Assembly (NCBI GenBank): GCA_035938875.1
Contig: DASZGL010000006.1
Coordinates: 3,978 to 67,977, forward strand
Reading direction: 5' to 3'
Source of the DNA: Candidatus Dormiibacterota bacterium
Lineage (GTDB): Bacteria > Chloroflexota > Dormibacteria > Aeolococcales > Aeolococcaceae
DNA length: 64,000 nt
Shown: in pieces, positions 45,854 through 53,906 of the stretch
Numbering within the stretch: the stretch's first letter is position 1
How the letters are laid out: each line of letters opens with the position of its first letter
Program-made: the position numbers and the translations under genes
Notes under the pieces: model-generated
Told to the model about the DNA's origin: nothing
Database searches by the model: none
Seen by the model: only the letters and a program-made list of their open reading frames with translations

Positions 45854-46869
45854 GCCGTGGCCTCCACCGGCTCGGCGGCGGCGATCCGCGCCGCGTCGAT
45901 CTCGCCGCGGTCCTCGCGCTCATCAGGGGCGATCCAGCGCAACCCGAGCACGCCGTAGACCTCCTCCTCGGTGGCGCCGGCGATGCGCTCCCCGTCATCG
46001 ACGCGGAAAACGCCGTACTCGTTGAGCGTCAGTCCCTTGCGCAGGGCGATGCCGCGCAGGCGGATGTTGTGCGCCTGCGACCCGGTGAAGTACTGCCAGG
46101 CGGCGCCGAACTCATCGGGGGCGACAGCGCGGCAGTCGACCTGGAGCCCGCCGGTGGTGATGGAACACTTGGTCTGTCCACGGAGCAGGACGCTCTCCAC
46201 CTGGGGCAGCGCCGCGAACGCGGTGAGCACCGCCACCGGCTCGGCGGTCGCGGCGAGGAGGTCGAGGTCGCCGATGGTCGGCCGCCCGCGTCGGTACGAG
46301 CCGGCGATCTCGGCGCGATCCACCGACGGCACGGTGCGCAGTGTTGCGGCGAGCGTCTCGGCCAGCTCGGCGATCTCGTCGCGCGGCCTTCTGCGCTTCT
46401 CGCCCTCGGCGCGCCGCTTCTCGACGGCGGCGAGGACGTTGGCGACGGTCTTCGCGCCCATGCGGGGCAGGCGGCCGAGTCCGCCGCCACGAGCCGCGGC
46501 TTCGAGCTCGTCCAGGGTCGTGATCCCCGCCTCCTGCCACAGCGTGGCGGCCGTCCGCGGGCCGATGCCGGCGATCGTGCAGATCTCCAGGAGCGAGGGC
46601 GGGATCTCCGCCTCCAGTGCCTCGAGGTAGGCGAGCCGGCCGCCGCTCACCAGCTCACCGACCTTCTGGGCGATCGCCGGACCGAACCCGGTGATCTCCC
46701 GGAGGTCGTCACCCGAGGCAACGATCTCGGCAAGCTGGCGCGAGAGGTTCTCGACCTGCACCGCCGCCTGCCGGTAGGCCCGTGCCTTGAAGGCGTTGTC
46801 GCCCCCCTTGATCTCGAGCAGACCCGCGATCCGCTCCAGGGTTCGAACGACATCCTCGTTGCTGACCAT
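45850..46869 (-). CDS. Family X DNA polymerase core (Pol beta-like), no PHP domain
   Basis: 'FKARAYRQAA', HhH 'ITGFGPAIAQKV' and 'IAGIGPRTAATL', nucleotidyltransferase 'GSYRRGRPTIGDLDLL', 'TGSQAHNIRLR'. ATG 46869 preferred; 46899 is possible. Confidence 0.85.
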   Translation of the reverse strand: MVSNEDVVRTLERIAGLLEIKGGDNAFKARAYRQAAVQVENLSRQLAEIVASGDDLREITGFGPAIAQKVGELVSGGRLAYLEALEAEIPPSLLEICTIAGIGPRTAATLWQEAGITTLDELEAAARGGGLGRLPRMGAKTVANVLAAVEKRRAEGEKRRRPRDEIAELAETLAATLRTVPSVDRAEIAGSYRRGRPTIGDLDLLAATAEPVAVLTAFAALPQVESVLLRGQTKCSITTGGLQVDCRAVAPDEFGAAWQYFTGSQAHNIRLRGIALRKGLTLNEYGVFRVDDGERIAGATEEEVYGVLGLRWIAPDEREDRGEIDAARIAAAEPVEATA

Positions 46870-46987
46870 GGTGACGGTCGGTCCATCGTAGCTCAGCACT
46901 CCCCGCGGCGAGCACTTGTTCTGTCAACAGGGTCGTGACGGGGCCGGGCCGGCCGCCTCTTTGGGCGACGCTACACTCCGGCGGGTC

Positions 46988-48154
46988 ATGCCACTCTCGG
47001 GACTGCGTGTGCTCGACCTCAGCCGCCTGCTCCCGGGTCCCTTCTGCACCATGCTCCTCGCCGACCTCGGCGCCGACGTCATCAAGGTGGAGGACCTCGT
47101 CGGCGGGGACTACATCCGCTGGACCCCGCCGCTGCACGGCGAATACTCGGCGGCGTACTACGGGCTGAATCGCAACAAGCGATCGATGAAGCTGAACCTC
47201 AAGAGTGCGGGCGGTCGCCAGGCCTTCCTCCGCCTCGTCGACACCGCCGACGTGGTCGTCGAGTCCTTTCGCCCCGGGGTCATGGACCGTCTCGGCGTCG
47301 GCTACGCTGCGCTTCACTCGCGCAACCCGCGGTTGATCTTCTGCAGCATCAGCGGTTATGGCCAGGACGGGCCATATCGCGACCGCGCCGGCCATGACAT
47401 CAACTACATCTCCATCGGTGGCATCGCCGGCTTCACCGGCACCGCCGACGGCACTCTGGCCATCCCCGGAGTGCAGATCGGCGACATCGGCGGCGGGGGC
47501 ATGAGCGCCGCCATCGCCATCCTCGCCGCGCTGCAGGCGCGGCAGCGCACCAACGAGGGTCAGCACTGCGACGTCTCCATGCTCGACGGCGTCGTCTCCT
47601 GGCTGTCGGTGCATGCCGGCCGGTACTTCAGCGAGGGAGTCAATCCGCGCCCGGCGACGGTGCATCTCAACGGCCGCCACCCCTGCTACAACCTCTACCG
47701 CTGCGCCGACGGGGTGATGAGCGTCGGCGCCCTGGAGCCGAAGTTCTGGAAGGAGCTGGTCGAGGCGCTCGGCGCTCCCCATCTCGCCGACGAGGCCTTC
47801 GCCGAGGGCGAGGCCGGCGGCCGAGTCCACGCCCAGCTCGAGGCCATATTCCTCACCCGGACCAGGGCCGAGTGGGCCACCCATCTCGCCGGCCGGGACG
47901 TCTGCTGTGAGCCGGTGCTGAGCTTCGACGAGGTGTTCGCCAACGAGCAGGTGCGGCACCGCCGTTTGCGCATCGCCGAGGGCGTCGGCGGGCCCACCGC
48001 GCAGCTGGGATTCCCCTTCACCCTGAGCGCCACGCCGCCGTCGGTGCGCCACCCCGCCCCCGGGTACGGCGAGCACACCCGCGAGCTGCTCGGTGAGCTC
48101 GGCTACGACTCCGCAGCGGTGGATGCACTCATCGCCGAAGGAGCCACCGCGTGA
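46988..48154 (+). CDS. Family III CoA-transferase (CaiB/BaiF; alpha-methylacyl-CoA racemase-like)
   Basis: 'LSGLRVLDLSRLLPGPFCTMLLADLGADVIKVE', 'LNRNKRS', 'ISGYGQDGPYRDRAGHDINY'. Confidence 0.9.
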   Translation: MPLSGLRVLDLSRLLPGPFCTMLLADLGADVIKVEDLVGGDYIRWTPPLHGEYSAAYYGLNRNKRSMKLNLKSAGGRQAFLRLVDTADVVVESFRPGVMDRLGVGYAALHSRNPRLIFCSISGYGQDGPYRDRAGHDINYISIGGIAGFTGTADGTLAIPGVQIGDIGGGGMSAAIAILAALQARQRTNEGQHCDVSMLDGVVSWLSVHAGRYFSEGVNPRPATVHLNGRHPCYNLYRCADGVMSVGALEPKFWKELVEALGAPHLADEAFAEGEAGGRVHAQLEAIFLTRTRAEWATHLAGRDVCCEPVLSFDEVFANEQVRHRRLRIAEGVGGPTAQLGFPFTLSATPPSVRHPAPGYGEHTRELLGELGYDSAAVDALIAEGATA

Positions 48155-48795
48155 GCACCGCCGGAGCGGCGCACGCGGGCGACGGCCCGGCCCGCCGGAC
48201 GCGGCGCAGCGAGGAAACCCGCGAGCGCATCCTCGCCGCGGCCATCGAGGTCTTTGCCCGGCGCGGCCTCCACGGGGCCAGGGTCGCCGACATCGCCGAG
48301 GCCGCCGGCATCGCCTACGGCCTCGTCTACCACCACTTCCGCAACAAGGAGGAGATCCTCGCCGCGATTTACAGCGAACGCTGGGCGATGTACGTCGACT
48401 ACCTCCACGAGCTCGGCGCCACGCCCTCGCCGTTCCGCGACCGCCTGGCCAAGCTGGTCCACTTCTGGGTGGAGACCTTCCGCAACGATCCGCAGCTGAT
48501 CACGGTGATGATCAACGAGATCTCGCGCTCCTACGAATTCCTCGAGTCGCACGATCTCGCCACAGTTCTGGTCGCCTTTGACGCTATCGAGAGGCTCTTG
48601 GTCGATGCCCGTGCTGCCGGCGAGGTACGCTCCGACCTCGACCCGCGCCTGGTCACCTATGCGATCGTCGGCATTGCCGAGATGGTGTTGACTGGCTATG
48701 TCATCGGCAGCCTGTCGCGCGGCTCACGCGACGAGTACGCGCGCGACGAGCGCGAGCTGGTCTCTTTGTTGCTCGACGGTGTGAGCATCGCGTAG
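48151..48795 (+). CDS. TetR/AcrR-family transcriptional regulator
   Basis: GTGA overlap with the upstream gene. HTH 'RERILAAAIEVFARRGLHGARVADIAEAAGIAYGLVYHHFRNKEEIL'. Confidence 0.88.
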   Translation: MSTAGAAHAGDGPARRTRRSEETRERILAAAIEVFARRGLHGARVADIAEAAGIAYGLVYHHFRNKEEILAAIYSERWAMYVDYLHELGATPSPFRDRLAKLVHFWVETFRNDPQLITVMINEISRSYEFLESHDLATVLVAFDAIERLLVDARAAGEVRSDLDPRLVTYAIVGIAEMVLTGYVIGSLSRGSRDEYARDERELVSLLLDGVSIA

Positions 48796-48813
48796 GGCGG
48801 CCGGCCGGCACTG

Positions 48814-49419
48814 TCAGCCACCCACCGGTGCCACGTTGTCGCTCCACCATTCGTCGACTTGGCGGCGGGTGTCATCGACGCTGGCACCGTTGTCGATCAC
48901 CCAGGTCGCCATGCGGCGCTTCTCGTCGACCGCCATCTGCGCGGCGATGCGGCGGCGTGCCTCCTCCTCGGAGAAGCCGTCACGCTCCCGCATTCGTCGC
49001 ACCTGGGTCGAGGTGTCCGCGTAGACGAGCATGACGCCCTCCATCCAGCTGTCGCGACGGTTCTCGAAGAGCAGGGGGATGTCGACGACCACCAGCGGCG
49101 CGTAGCTCTGCAGGGCGGCGGCGATGCGTTGCTGCATCAGCGCGATGATGCGAGGGTGGGTGATCGCCTCGAGGCGCCGGCGACGCTGGGGATCGGCGAA
49201 GACGACTTCGCCGAGCGCGGCGCGGTCGAGGCGACCGCCGGAATCGAGCACGCCACGGCCGAACTCGGCGGCGATCTCCTCCAGCGCGGGCTCGCCGGGC
49301 TCGACCACCTCCCTGGCGAGCAGGTCGGCATCGATGACGACCGCGCCTCGGTCGACGAGCATCCGGGCAACGGTGCTCTTGCCGGTGGCGATCCCGCCGG
49401 TCAGTCCGATCAGGCGCAT
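48814..49419 (-). CDS. coaE: Dephospho-CoA kinase
   Basis: 'MRLIGLTGGIATGKSTVARML', 'VIDADLLAREV', 'VVDIPLLFE'. Confidence 0.9.
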   Translation of the reverse strand: MRLIGLTGGIATGKSTVARMLVDRGAVVIDADLLAREVVEPGEPALEEIAAEFGRGVLDSGGRLDRAALGEVVFADPQRRRRLEAITHPRIIALMQQRIAAALQSYAPLVVVDIPLLFENRRDSWMEGVMLVYADTSTQVRRMRERDGFSEEEARRRIAAQMAVDEKRRMATWVIDNGASVDDTRRQVDEWWSDNVAPVGG

Positions 49420-49474
49420 CGAAGCCGAACAGTACACGGCCCGTATACAGCGAGCTTGCTACAGTCCTGCACCC

Positions 49475-50143
49475 GTGACCGGAGCTCGATATCGTCGTCT
49501 GCTCGCCATGGCGACCCTGCTGGCGGGCAGCCTGGTCTCCTGCAGCAGCGGCGACAACGTCACCGACAACGACACCTGCTCGTACAGCAACAGCAACACC
49601 GGGCCCTACTCGCCCGACCCGCCCGACACCAACGGTGCTGTGGTGGGCCAGGTGATCTCCGAGATGCCCCACGACCATGTGGCCGAGGGAACCAAGGTCA
49701 CCTACGAGCACAATCCGCCGACCAGCGGGTGTCATTACAACCTGGGGGTCGGAAAAGCGCCGCTGAGCCACGGTGCCTACAGCTCTGAGATCGCGCCCGA
49801 ATACTGGGTGCACAACCTTGAGCACGGCTACATCGTGGTGCTCTACAACTGTCCGTCCGGGTGCGACAGCGATTTTCAAAAGCTGCGCACCTGGTTGCAG
49901 ACGGTGCCGCCCGACCAGGCGCTGCTCAACGCGGCACGGGCGCAACCGGGTGCGACCCAGGCGTTCATCAACCAGTACACGTATCCCAAGGTGGTGATCG
50001 TGCCCGACACCAAGATGGACAAGAAATTCGCCGCCGTCTCGTGGGATTACTACGATCCCATGGACACGCTCGACATCAACGAGGTTCAGCGCTTCTACGA
50101 CAACCACGTCGGTCACTCACCGGAGTCTCCGTCGGCGCCGTAG
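49475..50143 (+). CDS. DUF3105-like lipoprotein
   Basis: Lipobox 'LLAGSLVSC'; 'YEHNPPTSGCHY', 'WVHNLEHGYIVVLYNCP'. GTG 49475. Confidence 0.75.
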   Translation: MTGARYRRLLAMATLLAGSLVSCSSGDNVTDNDTCSYSNSNTGPYSPDPPDTNGAVVGQVISEMPHDHVAEGTKVTYEHNPPTSGCHYNLGVGKAPLSHGAYSSEIAPEYWVHNLEHGYIVVLYNCPSGCDSDFQKLRTWLQTVPPDQALLNAARAQPGATQAFINQYTYPKVVIVPDTKMDKKFAAVSWDYYDPMDTLDINEVQRFYDNHVGHSPESPSAP

Positions 50144-50188
50144 CGCTGCTGGCGGCCGCCACGGCGTCGCCGCCTATACTCGGGCTCG

Positions 50189-50758
50189 ATGTCTCGGGCC
50201 AACCGCCGTCGCGCCGCCACCAGCACCGCATCGGCATCGGGCGGAGCGACGGTCGCAACCGTTGCGCCTGAGCACAGCGTCAAGCCGGCGCGCCCAACGC
50301 CACGCCCGACAAGCGGTGCTCCGGGCGCCGCCGACGCCGGCGGTCACATCTCCTGGCGGCACTGCCTCATCGGCTGGGTCGTGGGCGAGGCACTGTTGCT
50401 GCTCATCGCCAACGTCGGCCTCGACCTCGCCAACGCCGCGTTCGGCGGCACCGATCGCGCCGACGGCGGCATCGTCGGCGTGGCGTCGTTCGTCGCGGTC
50501 ATCGTCGGCGGCTTTGTCGCCGCGCGGCTCGCTGGTCAGTGGGGCATGTACCAGGGGGTGGTCGTGGCCATCGGCTTCATCGCCACCGGTGCGCTGTACC
50601 AGTTCGCCGTCGAGGCCTCGTTGGTGCACACGGCACTGACCACGGGATCGCACAACCTCGTCGACCTGGGACCGATGCGCATCGACAACGTGGTCAGCGG
50701 CGACCTGCTCGCCCTCTTCGGCGGCAGCGTGGGGGGATTGCTCGCCCGCCGTCGCTGA
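50189..50758 (+). CDS. Hypothetical membrane protein (4 TM)
   Basis: 'LIGWVVGEALLLLIANVGL', 'GIVGVASFVAVIVGGFVAARL', 'GVVVAIGFIATGALYQFAV', 'LLALFGGSVGGLLA'. No family recognised. Confidence 0.4.
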   Translation: MSRANRRRAATSTASASGGATVATVAPEHSVKPARPTPRPTSGAPGAADAGGHISWRHCLIGWVVGEALLLLIANVGLDLANAAFGGTDRADGGIVGVASFVAVIVGGFVAARLAGQWGMYQGVVVAIGFIATGALYQFAVEASLVHTALTTGSHNLVDLGPMRIDNVVSGDLLALFGGSVGGLLARRR

Positions 50759-50854
50759 TCCGGCGGCGCGTCTACGACAAAACGCGTCAACCTGTGACGC
50801 GGTGGTCAGCGGACGGTCATCTCGACGGCGCGGTGGCGCCCCGACAATCCTGGG

Positions 50855-51211
50855 GTGCAGTCCATGGTCGCGCCTCGCCGGCAACCGTTCAGCGTCGCCG
50901 TGGCGCTCCAGGACGGGGCTCTACGGCTGCCCATCACCTACTTCATCTGCGCCCAGCTGCTCGACGGTCTGACGACGATCGTCGGACTGGTCAGCGGGCT
51001 GAGCGAGGTCAACCCGCTCACCGCAGGCGTGATCCATGCCTTCGGCGACTGGGGACTGCTCCTGGCCAAGATCCCAGTCATCGTCGTGGTGCTGCTCAGC
51101 GCAGCGCTGCTACCCCGCCGGCTCGCGGCGGCGGCGGTGTGGACCTGCGCCGGGGTCATGGCCCTCGTGGTCGCCTCCAACGCCGCCCTGGTGCTCTCGC
51201 TCCACCCCTAG
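50855..51211 (+). CDS. Small membrane protein, DUF5658-like
   Basis: 'CAQLLDGLTTIVGLVSGLSEVNPLT' followed by two more TM helices. Confidence 0.5.
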   Translation: MQSMVAPRRQPFSVAVALQDGALRLPITYFICAQLLDGLTTIVGLVSGLSEVNPLTAGVIHAFGDWGLLLAKIPVIVVVLLSAALLPRRLAAAAVWTCAGVMALVVASNAALVLSLHP

Positions 51212-51239
51212 GGGAACGCAGGGCGGCCCGGCGACGGCC

Positions 51240-51527
51240 TCAGAGCCGGGCGAGCGACCGTGCCTCGAGGGCTCCGGCAGGCGCTTCCGCCGGGTCCTCG
51301 GCTTGGTCAGCGCCATCGTCGGCGTAGGGACGGCCGACGAGGTCGACGCGACCCAGGGCTCGGGCGAAGTCCATGCACGCGCCCCTGGTGAAGCGGAGGT
51401 GCTTGCCCGGGGTGTGCCAGGCGACGAGCTGGCCGTGGGCCACGGCTCGCCGCAGGGTCGATCGGGACACCCCGCAGAGGGCGGCTGCCTCGCCGGTGGT
51501 CAGGATCTCCTGTGGCCTGTCCTGCAT
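51240..51527 (-). CDS. Excisionase-family/MerR-like HTH DNA-binding protein
   Basis: 'ILTTGEAAALCGVSRSTLRRAVAHGQLVAWHTPGKHLRFTRGACMDFA'. Divergent from the second moxR operon. Confidence 0.7.
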   Translation of the reverse strand: MQDRPQEILTTGEAAALCGVSRSTLRRAVAHGQLVAWHTPGKHLRFTRGACMDFARALGRVDLVGRPYADDGADQAEDPAEAPAGALEARSLARL

Positions 51528-51698
51528 ATCTGAATTCCCTTCCGTCGCAACTCTCCCCAGGACCTCCGCAGACACGATGGCGACCGTCGCGTGGCCTGCA
51601 AATATCTGTATACACCGTCGTACGCCCTCCGTGTACCCCTTGCTCCCTTTGGTTCGCTACGGGCGTCGCGCCGAAGCGGGCATATACTCAGATCCCGG

Positions 51699-52703
51699 AT
51701 GCGCGGGCCCAGGCATCCGCATGGACTCGGTGGAGGACTGGCAGCGTTGTCGGCCGTGGTTCGCGGGACGGTGCGCCGGCTCGTGGAGAGCGTGGGCACG
51801 GTGATCGTCGGCAAGGACGCCGAGATCGAGCTCTGTGTCATCGCTCTGCTCTGCCGCGGCCACGTGCTCATCGAGGACGTCCCCGGGGTGGGCAAGACGA
51901 TGCTCGCCAAGGCGCTGGCCCGGTCGCTCGGCTGCCAGTTCGACCGGGTCCAGTTCACCCCAGACCTGCTTCCCGGTGACGTCACCGGGGTCAACGTCTT
52001 CAATCCCAAGACGACGTCGTTCGAGTTCCGCCCGGGGCCGATCTTCGCCCAGGTGCTGCTCGCCGACGAGATCAACCGGGCGACGCCCAAGACCCAGTCA
52101 GCGCTCCTCGAGGCGATGGAGGAGCATCAGGTGACCGTCGACGGGACCACTCACCCCCTCCCCGATCCCTTCATCGTCCTGGCGACGGAGAACCCCATCG
52201 AGCTGGGCGGCACCTACCCGCTGCCCGAGGCCCAGGTCGACCGCTTCCTCCTCAAGGTGCACCTCGGCTACCTCCCCCTCGACCAGGAGGTGGCGATGCT
52301 CGACCGCTTCCAGACGGCGACGCCGCTGGAGGCCGTCATCCCGGTGACCACACCCGCTGAGCTCATCGCCTGCCAGGCGGCGATCTCCGCGACCTGGTGC
52401 GACCCGGCGCTCAAGGACTACGCGGTGCGCGTCGTCCAGCGCACCCGCAGTCACGCCGACGTGGCCCTCGGGGCCTCGCCGCGGGGCAGCCTCGGCCTGC
52501 TCCGCGCGGCCCAGGCGCGGGCCGCGGCCGGCGGCCGGGACTACGTGCTCGCCGACGACATGAAGGAGCTTGCCCCAGCGGTGCTGGCCCATCGCATCGT
52601 CGTCAAGCCCAACGCCGAGCTGCGCGGTGTCACCCCTGACAGCGTCCTCGCCGAGGTGCTCGACACCGAGTCCGTGCCTGTCGCGGGACGCCGGTTCGCG
52701 TGA
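51699..52703 (+). CDS. MoxR-family AAA+ ATPase (copy 2)
   Basis: 'LIEDVPGVGKT', 'VQFTPDLLPGDVTG', 'LLADEINRATPKTQSALLEAMEEHQVT'. Confidence 0.92.
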   Translation: MRGPRHPHGLGGGLAALSAVVRGTVRRLVESVGTVIVGKDAEIELCVIALLCRGHVLIEDVPGVGKTMLAKALARSLGCQFDRVQFTPDLLPGDVTGVNVFNPKTTSFEFRPGPIFAQVLLADEINRATPKTQSALLEAMEEHQVTVDGTTHPLPDPFIVLATENPIELGGTYPLPEAQVDRFLLKVHLGYLPLDQEVAMLDRFQTATPLEAVIPVTTPAELIACQAAISATWCDPALKDYAVRVVQRTRSHADVALGASPRGSLGLLRAAQARAAAGGRDYVLADDMKELAPAVLAHRIVVKPNAELRGVTPDSVLAEVLDTESVPVAGRRFA

Positions 52704-53896
52704 GCACCCGCGCGCCGCTGATCGCGTGCATCGCGGTGCTCAGCTTCTTCGCCGGCATCACCGGGGTGCGCCTCGCCTACACCCTTGCCTACGTGCTCGT
52801 CTTCCTGCTGGCGCTGGCCTTCGTGTGGTCGCGGGCCATCGCCCGGCGCCTCGAGGTGAGCCGGGAGTCACCGGAGGGCTCGTTCATGGTCGGCGAGCCG
52901 TTCACCGAGCGATTCACCGTGGTCAACCGCGGGATCCTGCCCGTGGCCTACTGCGAGCTGCACGACGGCACGCGGATTCCCGGCTATGTTCCCGGCCGGG
53001 CCTTCTCGCTCGCCGGAGGCGGCAGCGTCACCTGGGCGACCCGTGGCGTTTTCCTTCGCCGTGGCCTGTACAGCTTCGGCCCCATCGAGGCGCGCCTCGG
53101 CGATCCCTTCGGACTGTTTCCCCGCGGCGTCCGAGTGGCTCCTCGCACCACCGTGCTCGTCTACCCGGCGGTGCACGCTGTCGGTGAGCTGGGAGTGCTG
53201 ACCTCGGGCAGCTCCGTCGGCGACGCGCCCCGAGGACGCCCTCTCGACGTGCCCCCCGACGTCGCCACGGTGCGCGAGTACGACCCGTCCGACGGCATGG
53301 GCAGGATCCACTGGGCGACGACGGCGCGAACCGGGCGGCTGATGAGCCGGGTGCACGACACTCGCCAGAGCGCCGACGTGCTCGTCTTCCTCGACCTGCG
53401 CCGGGGGCTGAGCGCCGGTGATGCCCCGGAGTCGGTGCTCGAGTACGCGGTGACCCTGGCGGCGTCGGTGTGCCACGCGGGGTTGCGCCGCGGCCAGGCC
53501 GTCGGCCTGGTGACCAACGATTCCAGGCACACGGCCATCGGCGCCGGCCGCGGCGAGGCGCAGCGCCTGCGCATCCTCGAGTACCTGGCGACCGCTGAGG
53601 ACGACGGGAGCACGACGCTCGCCGAGACGATCACCCGCTATGGCGAGGGCTGGCGGGGACGCGGGGGGATCATCCTGATCACCGCCGACCGAAACCCGGG
53701 GTGGATCGAGGCCGTGCTCGACGTCGGGGTGCGCGGCCAGCGCCACCTGACGATCTTCGTCGAGCCGACGTCGTTCGGCGCCACCGGCCCGCCGATGCGA
53801 GTCCTCGCCGCCTGGCGTCTGGCCCTCGACTGGTGGCTGGTCCGCCGCGGCGACGACCTGAGCGTCGGTCGCCGGCGTCGCGCCGTCGGCCAGTAG
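52700..53896 (+). CDS. DUF58 domain protein (copy 2)
   Basis: GTGA overlap with moxR. N-terminal TM hairpin. 'VREYDPSDGMGRIHWATTARTGRLMSRVH'. Confidence 0.85.
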   Translation: MSTRAPLIACIAVLSFFAGITGVRLAYTLAYVLVFLLALAFVWSRAIARRLEVSRESPEGSFMVGEPFTERFTVVNRGILPVAYCELHDGTRIPGYVPGRAFSLAGGGSVTWATRGVFLRRGLYSFGPIEARLGDPFGLFPRGVRVAPRTTVLVYPAVHAVGELGVLTSGSSVGDAPRGRPLDVPPDVATVREYDPSDGMGRIHWATTARTGRLMSRVHDTRQSADVLVFLDLRRGLSAGDAPESVLEYAVTLAASVCHAGLRRGQAVGLVTNDSRHTAIGAGRGEAQRLRILEYLATAEDDGSTTLAETITRYGEGWRGRGGIILITADRNPGWIEAVLDVGVRGQRHLTIFVEPTSFGATGPPMRVLAAWRLALDWWLVRRGDDLSVGRRRRAVGQ

Positions 53897-53906
53897 GGCG
53901 GCTGCG

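Noticed and set aside
43409-51527. tRNA-Glu plus an excisionase-family HTH gene as markers of an integrated mobile element
   Set aside because: There is no integrase, recombinase, phage or plasmid gene between or around them. The intervening genes are housekeeping (galU, PolX, coaE). I noticed no obvious copy of the tRNA 3' end, though I did not search for one exhaustively, and composition is uniform. The HTH protein is more likely a MerR-like regulator.
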